Assembly (NCBI GenBank): GCA_024421095.1
Contig: JAHQYM010000002.1
Coordinates: forward strand, 4,279-68,278
DNA: 64,000 bases
Direction of reading: 5' to 3'
From: Acidimicrobiia bacterium
GTDB taxonomy: Bacteria; Actinomycetota; Acidimicrobiia; Acidimicrobiales; Aldehydirespiratoraceae
Part shown: positions 48,148 through 56,655 of the stretch, piece after piece
Numbering within the stretch: the stretch's first letter is position 1
Layout: each line of letters starts with the position of its first letter
Notes under the pieces: generated by a model
The model's input: only the letters and a program-made list of their open reading frames with translations
Databases searched by the model: none
What the model was told of the DNA's origin: nothing
Program-made: the position numbers and the translations under genes

Positions 48148-49377
48148 GTGCCCAACAACAAATGCGACGTTGCGATAATCGGCGCGGGGCCCGCCGGAGC
48201 AGCCGCCGCTATCCGAGCCGCAAGAGGCGGTGCCAAGGTCACAGTCTTCGAAAAAGCGTTAGCTGGGCGCGACAAGGTTTGCGGTGATGGACTCACCCCT
48301 CGCGCAGTGTATGCACTGGAACAACTTGAGATCGATCTGAGCGCTGCTCACCGCATCGACGGACTAAGAATGGTTGCCAACGACACTCGCCGCGAATTGT
48401 CGTGGCCTCAAAATGGCTCGTTTGCCCCCAACGGAGCGGTTTGGCCTCGCCGCCATCTCGACTCGCACTTAATGGTAGCTGCGGCAAACGCTGGTGCCGA
48501 AATTCTTTGGCAAACAGAAGGCACACCGCTCTTTGGCGACGACCTGAGTGTCATCGGAGTAGAGACCGAAACTACGCTGTGGAAATCAGACCTAACGGTG
48601 ATAGCCACCGGTGCCCCAGGCAAAGTTGCCCGCATGCTCGGCGCTCAACGCTCAGTGAACGAACCACATGGTGTAGCTATCCGCAGCTACGCCAGTTCCC
48701 CACGCCATGCCGAACGTCTCCTTGAAGCTTGCCTCACACTGCGCGACCCAAACGACACCCCCATACCCGGCTACGGCTGGCTGTTCCCGGCCGGAGATGG
48801 CACCGTAAACATTGGTGTGGGTGCGCTGTCAACGATGAAGGGCTACCGAAACCTCAACTTGAACCACCTGATCAACTCATACCGAGACCTAATCCGCGAA
48901 GAATGGCAACTCGGCGATTACCTCGAACGCCCTCGGGCGTGGCGCTTGCCGATGAGTGTGCAGAGCCGTTTCGGGTCTGGTTGGGTGGCTATCGGTGATG
49001 CCGCCGGCTTGATCAACCCAATGAACGGTGAAGGCATCGACTACGGGCTCGAATCGGGAATGTTGGTCGCCGACTTGTTCCTCACCGACCCAGCAAGCAC
49101 TCCAACAAACTACGACCAAATTATCGGTGAACGCTTTGATGCGTTTTTGCGAACCGGGCGCCGCTTCAGCTATCTGATAGGCCATCCCCTAATCCTGCGT
49201 AGCGGGTTGCGCTTGGCGGTTGGCACTCAAGCCATCGCCAACATTACTTTGCAGGTAATGGGAAATCTGCTTGACACCAACACCAGCGGTGCAGCACAAA
49301 AAGTGTTGCGAATCGCCGACCGGGGCTTGGGTCTGGCCGAACCTTTACTGCGCCGCAGCCAAAGTCGCAGGCGCTAA
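48148..49377 (+). CDS. Geranylgeranyl reductase family FAD-dependent oxidoreductase (MenJ-like)
   Basis: DVAIIGAGPAGAAAAIRAARGG, KVCGDGLTPRA, and GDAAGLINPMNGEGI. Confidence 0.8.
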   Translation: MPNNKCDVAIIGAGPAGAAAAIRAARGGAKVTVFEKALAGRDKVCGDGLTPRAVYALEQLEIDLSAAHRIDGLRMVANDTRRELSWPQNGSFAPNGAVWPRRHLDSHLMVAAANAGAEILWQTEGTPLFGDDLSVIGVETETTLWKSDLTVIATGAPGKVARMLGAQRSVNEPHGVAIRSYASSPRHAERLLEACLTLRDPNDTPIPGYGWLFPAGDGTVNIGVGALSTMKGYRNLNLNHLINSYRDLIREEWQLGDYLERPRAWRLPMSVQSRFGSGWVAIGDAAGLINPMNGEGIDYGLESGMLVADLFLTDPASTPTNYDQIIGERFDAFLRTGRRFSYLIGHPLILRSGLRLAVGTQAIANITLQVMGNLLDTNTSGAAQKVLRIADRGLGLAEPLLRRSQSRRR

Positions 49378-50484
49378 CGCCGTGAGCGGGTTGACATATC
49401 TAAGCCCCTGGGCTTCGGCCACTTCTTGTTGGGTGAGCAGTCCCCGGTGAATGTTCAAACCATTGAGCAAGTGTTCATCGTCAAGCAGGGCACGTTCTAC
49501 GCCCTTGTCGGCTAATGCCAAAGTGAACGGCAAGGTCGCGTTGTTCAACGCATAAGTGGAGGTCTGTGGAACCGCTCCAGGCATATTCGCTACACAGTAA
49601 TGAACCACATCATCAACCACATAGGTCGGGTCGGTGTGGGTGGTGGGTCTTGACGTAGCGAAACATCCACCTTGGTCAATCGCCACATCCACCAGCACCG
49701 AACCAGGTTTCATACGTTTAACCAACTCACGTCCCACCAGCTTCGGAGCCGTGGCACCTTTCACTAACACTGCACCGACCACTAGGTCGGCAGCCAGCAC
49801 TTCTTCTTCGAGTGATGCCCCCGTTGAATACATGGTCACCAACGAGTTGCCAAAACGCCGCGCCAATCGGTTCAACACTTCTAAGTTGCGATCCAACACG
49901 GTGACTTGTGCTCCCATGCCAATAGCCATTTCGATAGCGTTTTCACCGACCACTCCCCCACCAAGCACAAGCGTCCGAGCCGCGGCGACCCCAGGAACAC
50001 CACCAAGAAGACGGCCCGAGCCGCCCTGAACAGCTTCAAGGCAGCGAGCGCCAGCTTGGATCGACATTCGACCCGCTACTTGCGACATCGGCGTTAGCAG
50101 TGGAAGACCACCCTTGTTGTCGGTGACCGTTTCATAAGCAATACAGGTAGCGCCACTGGCCAATAGTTCCTGGGTTTGCGCGCTGTCGGGCGCGAGATGC
50201 AGGTAAGTGAACAGCAGTTGACCGGAGTGCAACATGGCCCGCTCGACAGCTTGAGGTTCCTTCACCTTGACAATCATTTCCGCTTCAGCAAATACCGATT
50301 CGGCATCAGCAACGATCTTTGCTCTCGCAGTTGCGTAATCTTGATCATTGGCACCAATGCCGATACCCGCACCGCTTTGCACGATCACCGCATGACCTCG
50401 TAGGGTGAGTTCCCTGACGCTAGTGGGAGTAAGACCCACGCGGCGTTCCGCAACCTTGATTTCTGTAGGTACTCCGATGAGCAT
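49345..50484 (-). CDS. ald: Alanine dehydrogenase
   Basis: [20 protein letters not shown] and the NAD-binding [12 protein letters not shown] prefer ATG 50484 (AAGGGGG upstream), which starts 13 nt after the Mo-subunit stop. The 3' end overlaps the convergent reductase gene by 33 bp. Confidence 0.95.
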   Translation of the reverse strand: MLIGVPTEIKVAERRVGLTPTSVRELTLRGHAVIVQSGAGIGIGANDQDYATARAKIVADAESVFAEAEMIVKVKEPQAVERAMLHSGQLLFTYLHLAPDSAQTQELLASGATCIAYETVTDNKGGLPLLTPMSQVAGRMSIQAGARCLEAVQGGSGRLLGGVPGVAAARTLVLGGGVVGENAIEMAIGMGAQVTVLDRNLEVLNRLARRFGNSLVTMYSTGASLEEEVLAADLVVGAVLVKGATAPKLVGRELVKRMKPGSVLVDVAIDQGGCFATSRPTTHTDPTYVVDDVVHYCVANMPGAVPQTSTYALNNATLPFTLALADKGVERALLDDEHLLNGLNIHRGLLTQQEVAEAQGLRYVNPLTALAPATLAAAQ

Positions 50485-50497
50485 TTTGGCCACCCCC

Positions 50498-53389
50498 TTA
50501 TGTGATGCCTGAATGTTGTTGTTCTGTTGCGAGAGCAGAATCCGCAATTTCTGGCCGATCAAGATAATACATCGGCGCCGCGGGTTTGAGCGGGCGGGCA
50601 TACCACAACGGGCGCCGCAAACCCCTGGGGCCAGGCGCTGGACGGGTCTTAGCTAGCCATTCTTGATACGCCTCACGGCTCTTGGCGGTGTCAACCACCA
50701 CATCACCATATTGATCATCAGTTTCGGCTGGTGTGACGCGCACGCGCTGATGCCAACACTGCATTCCCGAAATCGGGTCTGGTTGCACCGCAAAAGTCAA
50801 GTTCTGATGCACACCGGTGTCGTGCCACCAAATCCGTTCGCTATCAGGATCAGCCGAAGCGAAGCCGCGCATAGCGGCACTGCGGGTCAGTTTCCACATC
50901 CCGCCAACTTGGCCGTTACCGACGCGCTCAATTGTGGCTTTACCGCCAGCCCAAGAACGTGCTTGATCTTCCTCAACACGCCAGCGTCCCATATGGTGTG
51001 AGGCGGCCACCACACCCGGCCTAATGCCTTCGGTGCGCCAAGCCGAGATCACGAAATGACCGATACGAGTACTGATCCGCACCAAACCGTTCTCCTCGAT
51101 TCTTAATGCTTCGGCATCGCTTGGATGAATCCACAAGGGATGCCGGTGACTTATTTCATTGAGCCATTTCGAGTTGGACGAACGTGTATGAATGAGGGTC
51201 GGGATACGAAAGGTGGGTAACAGAATTCTCTCGTTGCCGGACAAATCCAGGTCTTGATGATGGACATGAGACTTAATCCAGGTTGGCGCGGCATATTCAC
51301 GCCAACCCCAATCGGCCAATGTCGTCGAAAACAATTCAAGTTTCTTTGAGGGAGTAGGAAACCCTTCCTTAACCTCACCGTCAACTTCAACTGCAGGTGA
51401 ACCGTCACCCAAGTCGGCTAACTTGATCTCGACAAGTTGTTCGGGAGTGCCGTCCCAAGTGCCGCTAGTGCCGGGTTTTCGATAGACTCGATCCGTTCCC
51501 TTGTGACAGCCCGCAGTGGTCGCTGGCGAAACCAGACGTTCATAAGGTGTAAGCACATCGCCGGGAATAGCAAACGCACCCACATCACGCATGTATTCAA
51601 GTGGCGACTTACCAGCTTGCGCCGCCGCTTCTGCCAACCCTGGAACCGATTCGGCAAACATCGTTCCGTAATACTCATCAACTGTGATTGGCGTACCCGG
51701 ATGTTCAGACGATTCAAACCATTGGCGAATGCCGCGAGCACCATCGGGGTCAATGCGCCATGAAAGGTCTATCCAAAACTCGTTTTCTTCCCAGACTTCA
51801 CCCGGATTGAACTCGTGCGTTCGAGTGTTTCCTGCTAGTTCTTGGCCACGCAGTTGCGCGTAGCGGCGCATCACCGGTTGGCGAAAACCAATCCAACGGC
51901 CATTGTGCGTCTCGAAACTGGCAACATCGTGTCGTTCAGTACCCACACCCATCGGCAACACATAGTCTGCGTACCAAGCAGTTTCAGACCAAGTGGGAGT
52001 GAGCGCCACATGGCATTTAACCTTCGTTTCGTCTGTTAAAGCCTCAAGCCAACTGAAACCGTCTGGGTTGGTCCACACGGGATTATAAACACGACTGAAA
52101 TACACATCAAGTGTGCCACGACCTTCATTTAGGAAGTGCGGTAACAAGATCGACATTTCGTGATACGACAGCGGATACTCTCGCGGCCACGACAATTCGT
52201 TCCATTGCTCGAGGGGTGGTGCGCCGTTTGGTTGCATGGGTTTGAATTTATTCCAACCATTGCCGCTAGTGCCACCAACTGTTGCCACCGAACCGGTCAG
52301 CACATTCAAAAAGAACAAGCAACGCGCGGTTTGCCAACCGCCAAGGTTGCCCGCACCCGCCGCACGCCAATTGTGGGAAGCAAACTTGGTTGGATGAGCG
52401 CCGATAATTTCTGTTATCTCACGCAACTGATCCCCATCAACACCACAAATTTCTTCGGCAGCTTCTGGAGTGTATGCCGCGTAGGCATCTAACAGAGCGG
52501 GTTCCAACGCCGCAAACTCCACTGGTAAGTCGGGTCTGGTCTCACGTAGATAGGTTTCCCAGTTCACCCAACGGCGCACAAAGTCACGCTCCCAGGTGCC
52601 ATTTTTGATCAGCAACCTAGCGATCGTCAACAACAAATGCGGTTCGGTTCCTGGCCAAGCAGCCAACCAATGATCTGCTTTGGCACCAGTATTGGAAAGT
52701 CTCGGGTCGACGCAGATCACTGTCGCCCCCTTACCTTGAGCCTCAATAATACGTTGAGCATGAGGGTTGAAATAATGCCCAGCCTCAAGGTGTGACGAAA
52801 TCAAAAAGATCACTTCAGCGTTCGCAAAATCTGACGACGGGCGGTCGTGCCCCATCCAAGATTGGTAACCGATACGGGCGTTGGATGAACAAATATTGGT
52901 ATGACTATTGTGCCCGTCAATGCCCCATGCCTTGAGCACACGGTCGGCGTAACCATCCTCACCGGGCCGCCCCACATGGTACATCACCGCATTGTGCCGC
53001 CGCGCATCAAGAGCCCCAGCGATGCGGGAGCCAATCTCTGCTAAAGCATCGTCCCAATGCACACGTTCCCATTGCCCCGAGCCCCGCTTCCCGACGCGAC
53101 GCAACGGGTACAAAATTCGTTCAGTGTCGTTGACTTGATTGAGCGTTGCAGGACCCTTAGCGCAGTTGCGGCCACGACTCGCCGGGTGAAGCGGGTTGCC
53201 TTCGATCTTGTCGATCTGGTGAGTTTCATGGTTCACATGAGCCAGCAACCCACACGCCGCTTCGCAATTGAAACAAGTAGTCGGAATCAGACTGTGGTGC
53301 TGGGTTTCACGTTTAGGCCACGCAGAGGCAGACAAAGAGGCGTGGTCATGCCATTCTTCAAACGGCGGATATTGCTTCAGGTCGGTCAT
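50498..53389 (-). CDS. Molybdopterin (bis-MGD) oxidoreductase catalytic subunit, DMSO-reductase superfamily, with no signal peptide
   Basis: N-terminal FS0 4Fe-4S motif CFNCEAACGL...CAKG. A candidate Mo-ligand region HTNICSS, an MGD-binding core, and a C-terminal beta-barrel region are present. The N-terminus MTDLKQYPPFEEWHDH has no twin-arginine motif. Confidence 0.85.
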   Translation of the reverse strand: MTDLKQYPPFEEWHDHASLSASAWPKRETQHHSLIPTTCFNCEAACGLLAHVNHETHQIDKIEGNPLHPASRGRNCAKGPATLNQVNDTERILYPLRRVGKRGSGQWERVHWDDALAEIGSRIAGALDARRHNAVMYHVGRPGEDGYADRVLKAWGIDGHNSHTNICSSNARIGYQSWMGHDRPSSDFANAEVIFLISSHLEAGHYFNPHAQRIIEAQGKGATVICVDPRLSNTGAKADHWLAAWPGTEPHLLLTIARLLIKNGTWERDFVRRWVNWETYLRETRPDLPVEFAALEPALLDAYAAYTPEAAEEICGVDGDQLREITEIIGAHPTKFASHNWRAAGAGNLGGWQTARCLFFLNVLTGSVATVGGTSGNGWNKFKPMQPNGAPPLEQWNELSWPREYPLSYHEMSILLPHFLNEGRGTLDVYFSRVYNPVWTNPDGFSWLEALTDETKVKCHVALTPTWSETAWYADYVLPMGVGTERHDVASFETHNGRWIGFRQPVMRRYAQLRGQELAGNTRTHEFNPGEVWEENEFWIDLSWRIDPDGARGIRQWFESSEHPGTPITVDEYYGTMFAESVPGLAEAAAQAGKSPLEYMRDVGAFAIPGDVLTPYERLVSPATTAGCHKGTDRVYRKPGTSGTWDGTPEQLVEIKLADLGDGSPAVEVDGEVKEGFPTPSKKLELFSTTLADWGWREYAAPTWIKSHVHHQDLDLSGNERILLPTFRIPTLIHTRSSNSKWLNEISHRHPLWIHPSDAEALRIEENGLVRISTRIGHFVISAWRTEGIRPGVVAASHHMGRWRVEEDQARSWAGGKATIERVGNGQVGGMWKLTRSAAMRGFASADPDSERIWWHDTGVHQNLTFAVQPDPISGMQCWHQRVRVTPAETDDQYGDVVVDTAKSREAYQEWLAKTRPAPGPRGLRRPLWYARPLKPAAPMYYLDRPEIADSALATEQQHSGIT

Positions 53390-53404
53390 CGCTCCAGACT
53401 TTTT

Positions 53405-54916
53405 CTAGGAAAGCGGCACAGCTTGGCCAGCACGAACAAAAGAATCTTCATAAGACCACATCCCCGCAAGGGCCGCCGCGCCTGCAACACCGAGAACCGC
53501 CGTGGGCAGATCAAAAACCAATTCCAAAACCAAAATACATGCGGGGGCAACAAGACCGCCCAACACACCAAACCAAAAACGCTGTCGGTAAGCCCCTTTG
53601 ATCATCTGATGCACAGCCGCTTCCACGTGCGGCGTACCTGTAGCAGTCGCCTCAATCGCGATTAACGCTGCGCTGGCCAGAACCCCGCCCAAAAACGCCC
53701 AACGGTAAGCGTCAGCAGCAGGCACGGCGATGAACAAGTCCAAGAGTGCGTACGTGGCGCCGCCTGCGGTTACCGCTTGAGCCAACAGAGTCGGCAACAA
53801 CAGCGGGGTTTGCCACAAATCGCGGCCTTCACACTGGCCAAACAAGAACGCCGTATAACCTGCTGTGGCAGCGGCGCAAAGCACCACCGGCACCAACAAA
53901 ACATTCAACGCAGCAGGCGTTGCGGTGATCCCAGCGAGACACCAAAGCGCCGTAACGACAGCAAACGCGGCCAACACGTAAGCACCCTTGACGAGCCAAG
54001 AATCCCAACTTCCTCTAGTAATCAGATAGTAGAAACGACCCGGTTGCTTCAAATCGGCAATCAGCAACACCCCGGTCAACGCCAAAAAGAATCCAGCTAT
54101 TAGAGGCGGTGTCACACTCACGGCCGCTCTTGCGTCACCATGACCCAACAGCACCAACAAGCCGGCCATGGCCATCACTCCAGCAGAGATCGCCTTCGTG
54201 ACTAAGTAGGCCGAGACCTTTGTTGTCCAAGTCATCTGATGTGAAGTGGTGTAGGTAGTGCGCGCCACGACCCCGCTTGTGTCGCTAGGAACAGTGGGAT
54301 GGTTCGGGGTGGTGTCGGCCCAGATCATCCCGTCATTGGCGATCGCCGTACGCAACGGATTCAGCGAGGCTTGGCTGGCACCACGGTAATACACCTTGGG
54401 GTTGGTTCCCTGTTCCGGTGAGCGCACAGCCACATCTTCGCGGGCGATTATCTTGGTGGCTTGGTTGAGGGGGTCGTCTAGGTCGGCAACCTTGATCGCC
54501 TGGGTCGGGCAAACAGTCACACATGAAGGTTCGAGGCCATCGGCGATGCGGTGGTTGCAGAAGTTGCATTTGTTGGCAGTGTTGGTTTCGGGGTTGATGT
54601 AGATGGCATCATACGGGCAAGCATTCATGCAGCCTTTGCAACCTATGCAGTTGTCGTCATCAAAGTCGACTACCCCATTATCAGCGCGAAATAGTGCGTT
54701 GGTAGGACAGATTGAGATACAAGGTGCATCGTCGCAGTGGTTGCAGCGCATGACCGAGAAGTGGCGGCTGACGTTGGGGAAAGTGCCTGTCTCAATGTAC
54801 TTCACCCAGGTACGGTTCACGCCCAACGCCACATCATGCTCACTCTTGCAGGCAACCGTGCATGCGTGGCAGCCGATACAAGAATCGCTGTCTAAGAGGA
54901 AGCCGAGCCTAGTCAC
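53405..54916 (-). CDS. Fusion of a four-cluster 4Fe-4S ferredoxin subunit (DmsB/PsrB/NrfC-like) with an NrfD/PsrC-like eight-TM membrane anchor
   Basis: Four Cys groups: CIGCHACTVAC, CNHCDDAPCISICP, CIGCKGCMNACP, CNFCNHR...CVTVCP. After a roughly 60-aa linker there are eight hydrophobic helices. GTG start, no signal or Tat motif. Confidence 0.85.
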   Translation of the reverse strand: MTRLGFLLDSDSCIGCHACTVACKSEHDVALGVNRTWVKYIETGTFPNVSRHFSVMRCNHCDDAPCISICPTNALFRADNGVVDFDDDNCIGCKGCMNACPYDAIYINPETNTANKCNFCNHRIADGLEPSCVTVCPTQAIKVADLDDPLNQATKIIAREDVAVRSPEQGTNPKVYYRGASQASLNPLRTAIANDGMIWADTTPNHPTVPSDTSGVVARTTYTTSHQMTWTTKVSAYLVTKAISAGVMAMAGLLVLLGHGDARAAVSVTPPLIAGFFLALTGVLLIADLKQPGRFYYLITRGSWDSWLVKGAYVLAAFAVVTALWCLAGITATPAALNVLLVPVVLCAAATAGYTAFLFGQCEGRDLWQTPLLLPTLLAQAVTAGGATYALLDLFIAVPAADAYRWAFLGGVLASAALIAIEATATGTPHVEAAVHQMIKGAYRQRFWFGVLGGLVAPACILVLELVFDLPTAVLGVAGAAALAGMWSYEDSFVRAGQAVPLS

Positions 54917-54947
54917 ATGCGCCTTTCTGAGTCACTGGACAACCGAT

Positions 54948-54962
54948 GTTAGACACTCTAAC
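54948..54962. promoter_or_regulatory. Perfect palindrome GTTAGA-cac-TCTAAC in the divergent promoter region; candidate operator
   Basis: Read directly. A related half-site GGTTAAGAC follows at about 55005-55013, also preceded by GATG. It lies between the molybdoenzyme operon start (54916) and the ABC operon start (55049/55073). Confidence 0.3.
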
Positions 54963-55048
54963 ACAACTTCCCCACCCATCGCCCCAAAACTTACTGAGGT
55001 CTGATGGTTAAGACGTTGCGTTGTTGCGGTTGGTAATGCGTTGGCTGA

Positions 55049-55888
55049 ATGCGTGGTAGATTCCTAATTTCCATGAGCGTTGATCCGCATTCACCGACGA
55101 TTCTTGATGTTCGCAACACCGAAATCGTCTACAACGACGTGATCTTGGTGCTAAGCGGGGTCAGCCTGCGGGTCAACCAAGGTGACATCGTGACCTTACT
55201 CGGTGCCAACGGAGCCGGCAAAACCACGCTACTGCGAGCCATTACCGGGCTCCTAGAAGTACACCGAGGGAGAATGACCAAAGGCTCCATCGCAGTCAAC
55301 AACAAGCGAGTAGACCACGCCGACCCCGCCAAACTAGTGCGCGCAGGCGTATCCCAAGTAATGGAAGGACGCCGCATCTTCGCGGAACTCACGGTGGAAG
55401 AAAACTTACGCACCGGCGCACACACCGTGCGCCACAATCAAGCGATCGCCAGCGCGCACGAGCGAGTGATGGAACTGTTTCCACAACTCAAACCTCGCCG
55501 TAACGACACTGCTGGTTACCTATCCGGCGGTGAACAGCAAATGCTGGCCATCGGTAGAGCCCTGATGGCCACGCCCAAGCTACTCTTGTTAGACGAACCG
55601 TCATTAGGTTTAGCACCCAAACTGGTTGAACAAATCTCCGAAATTGTCCGCACAGTGAATCAACAAGGAACCAGCGTTTTGTTAGTGGAACAGAACGCGC
55701 ACATGGCGCTTTCGGTCTCAAACCGAGCGTATGTCCTCGAAAATGGGCGGATCGTGAAAGAAGGAGCCGCGGCCGATTTGCTTGAAGACGACGACGTTCG
55801 TGAGTTTTACCTCGGTGTCGGCGAAGCAGGCCGCAAGTCTTTCAGAGATGTGAAATCGTACCGGCGCAGGAAACGTTGGAACTCATGA
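55049..55888 (+). CDS. Branched-chain-amino-acid-type ABC transporter ATP-binding protein (LivF-like) with a basic C-terminal tail
   Basis: Walker A GANGAGKTT, signature LSGGEQQML, Walker B LLLLDEPS. The tail is GRKSFRDVKSYRRRKRWNS. ATG 55073 is an alternative start. Confidence 0.85.
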   Translation: MRGRFLISMSVDPHSPTILDVRNTEIVYNDVILVLSGVSLRVNQGDIVTLLGANGAGKTTLLRAITGLLEVHRGRMTKGSIAVNNKRVDHADPAKLVRAGVSQVMEGRRIFAELTVEENLRTGAHTVRHNQAIASAHERVMELFPQLKPRRNDTAGYLSGGEQQMLAIGRALMATPKLLLLDEPSLGLAPKLVEQISEIVRTVNQQGTSVLLVEQNAHMALSVSNRAYVLENGRIVKEGAAADLLEDDDVREFYLGVGEAGRKSFRDVKSYRRRKRWNS

Positions 55889-56655
55889 CCTCTCCGCTTT
55901 TGACGTTTAACGAAGTCACGCTTCGCTTCGGTGGAGTGACCGCATTAGAGAACGTGTCTTTTGCCGTTGAGCCCGGCGAACTGTTCGCCATCATCGGCCC
56001 CAACGGTGCCGGCAAAACCTCAATCTTCAATTGCTGCAACGCGGTTTACCGCCCACAAAACGGGGAGATCAGCTTCGCTGGCAAATCGCTGATCGGCGCT
56101 AAGTCAACCGCAATCGCTAAAGCGGGGGTGGCTCGCACCTTCCAGAACTTGGGATTGTTCTCCAACCTGAATCTGGTCGACAACTTGATGTTGGGCCGCC
56201 ATTTGTTGATGAAAAGCGGTTTTATTTCTGGTGCTTTGTGGTTCGGTAGAGCGAGACGCGAAGAAATCCAACATCGTGGCCGGGTCGAGGAGATCATCGA
56301 CTTTTTGGAACTTCAACCCTTCCGTTTTAGCCCAGTAGGGTTGCTGCCATACGGTGTTCAGAAACGGATTGAACTTGGCCGCGCGCTGTCGATGGAACCC
56401 AAGTTGTTGCTGCTTGATGAGCCGGTAGCGGGAATGAACCTTGAAGAAACCGAAGACATGGCCCGTTTCATCATTGAGATCCGCGAGGACCTAAGAATCG
56501 CCATGATCTTGGTGGAACACGATATGCATATGGTAATGGATATAGCCGATCGGGTGATGGTTCTCAATTTCGGTCAAACGTTAGCCATCGACGACCCCAC
56601 CGAAATTCAATCCAACCCTGACGTTATAGCCGCCTATCTTGGGGAAGAGCGATGA
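55885..56655 (+). CDS. Branched-chain-amino-acid-type ABC transporter ATP-binding protein (LivG-like)
   Basis: Walker A GPNGAGKTS, LPYGVQKRIELGRAL, Walker B LLLLDEPVAGM. I prefer ATG 55885 because it forms an ATGA overlap with the LivF stop. Confidence 0.9.
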   Translation: MTSPLLTFNEVTLRFGGVTALENVSFAVEPGELFAIIGPNGAGKTSIFNCCNAVYRPQNGEISFAGKSLIGAKSTAIAKAGVARTFQNLGLFSNLNLVDNLMLGRHLLMKSGFISGALWFGRARREEIQHRGRVEEIIDFLELQPFRFSPVGLLPYGVQKRIELGRALSMEPKLLLLDEPVAGMNLEETEDMARFIIEIREDLRIAMILVEHDMHMVMDIADRVMVLNFGQTLAIDDPTEIQSNPDVIAAYLGEER

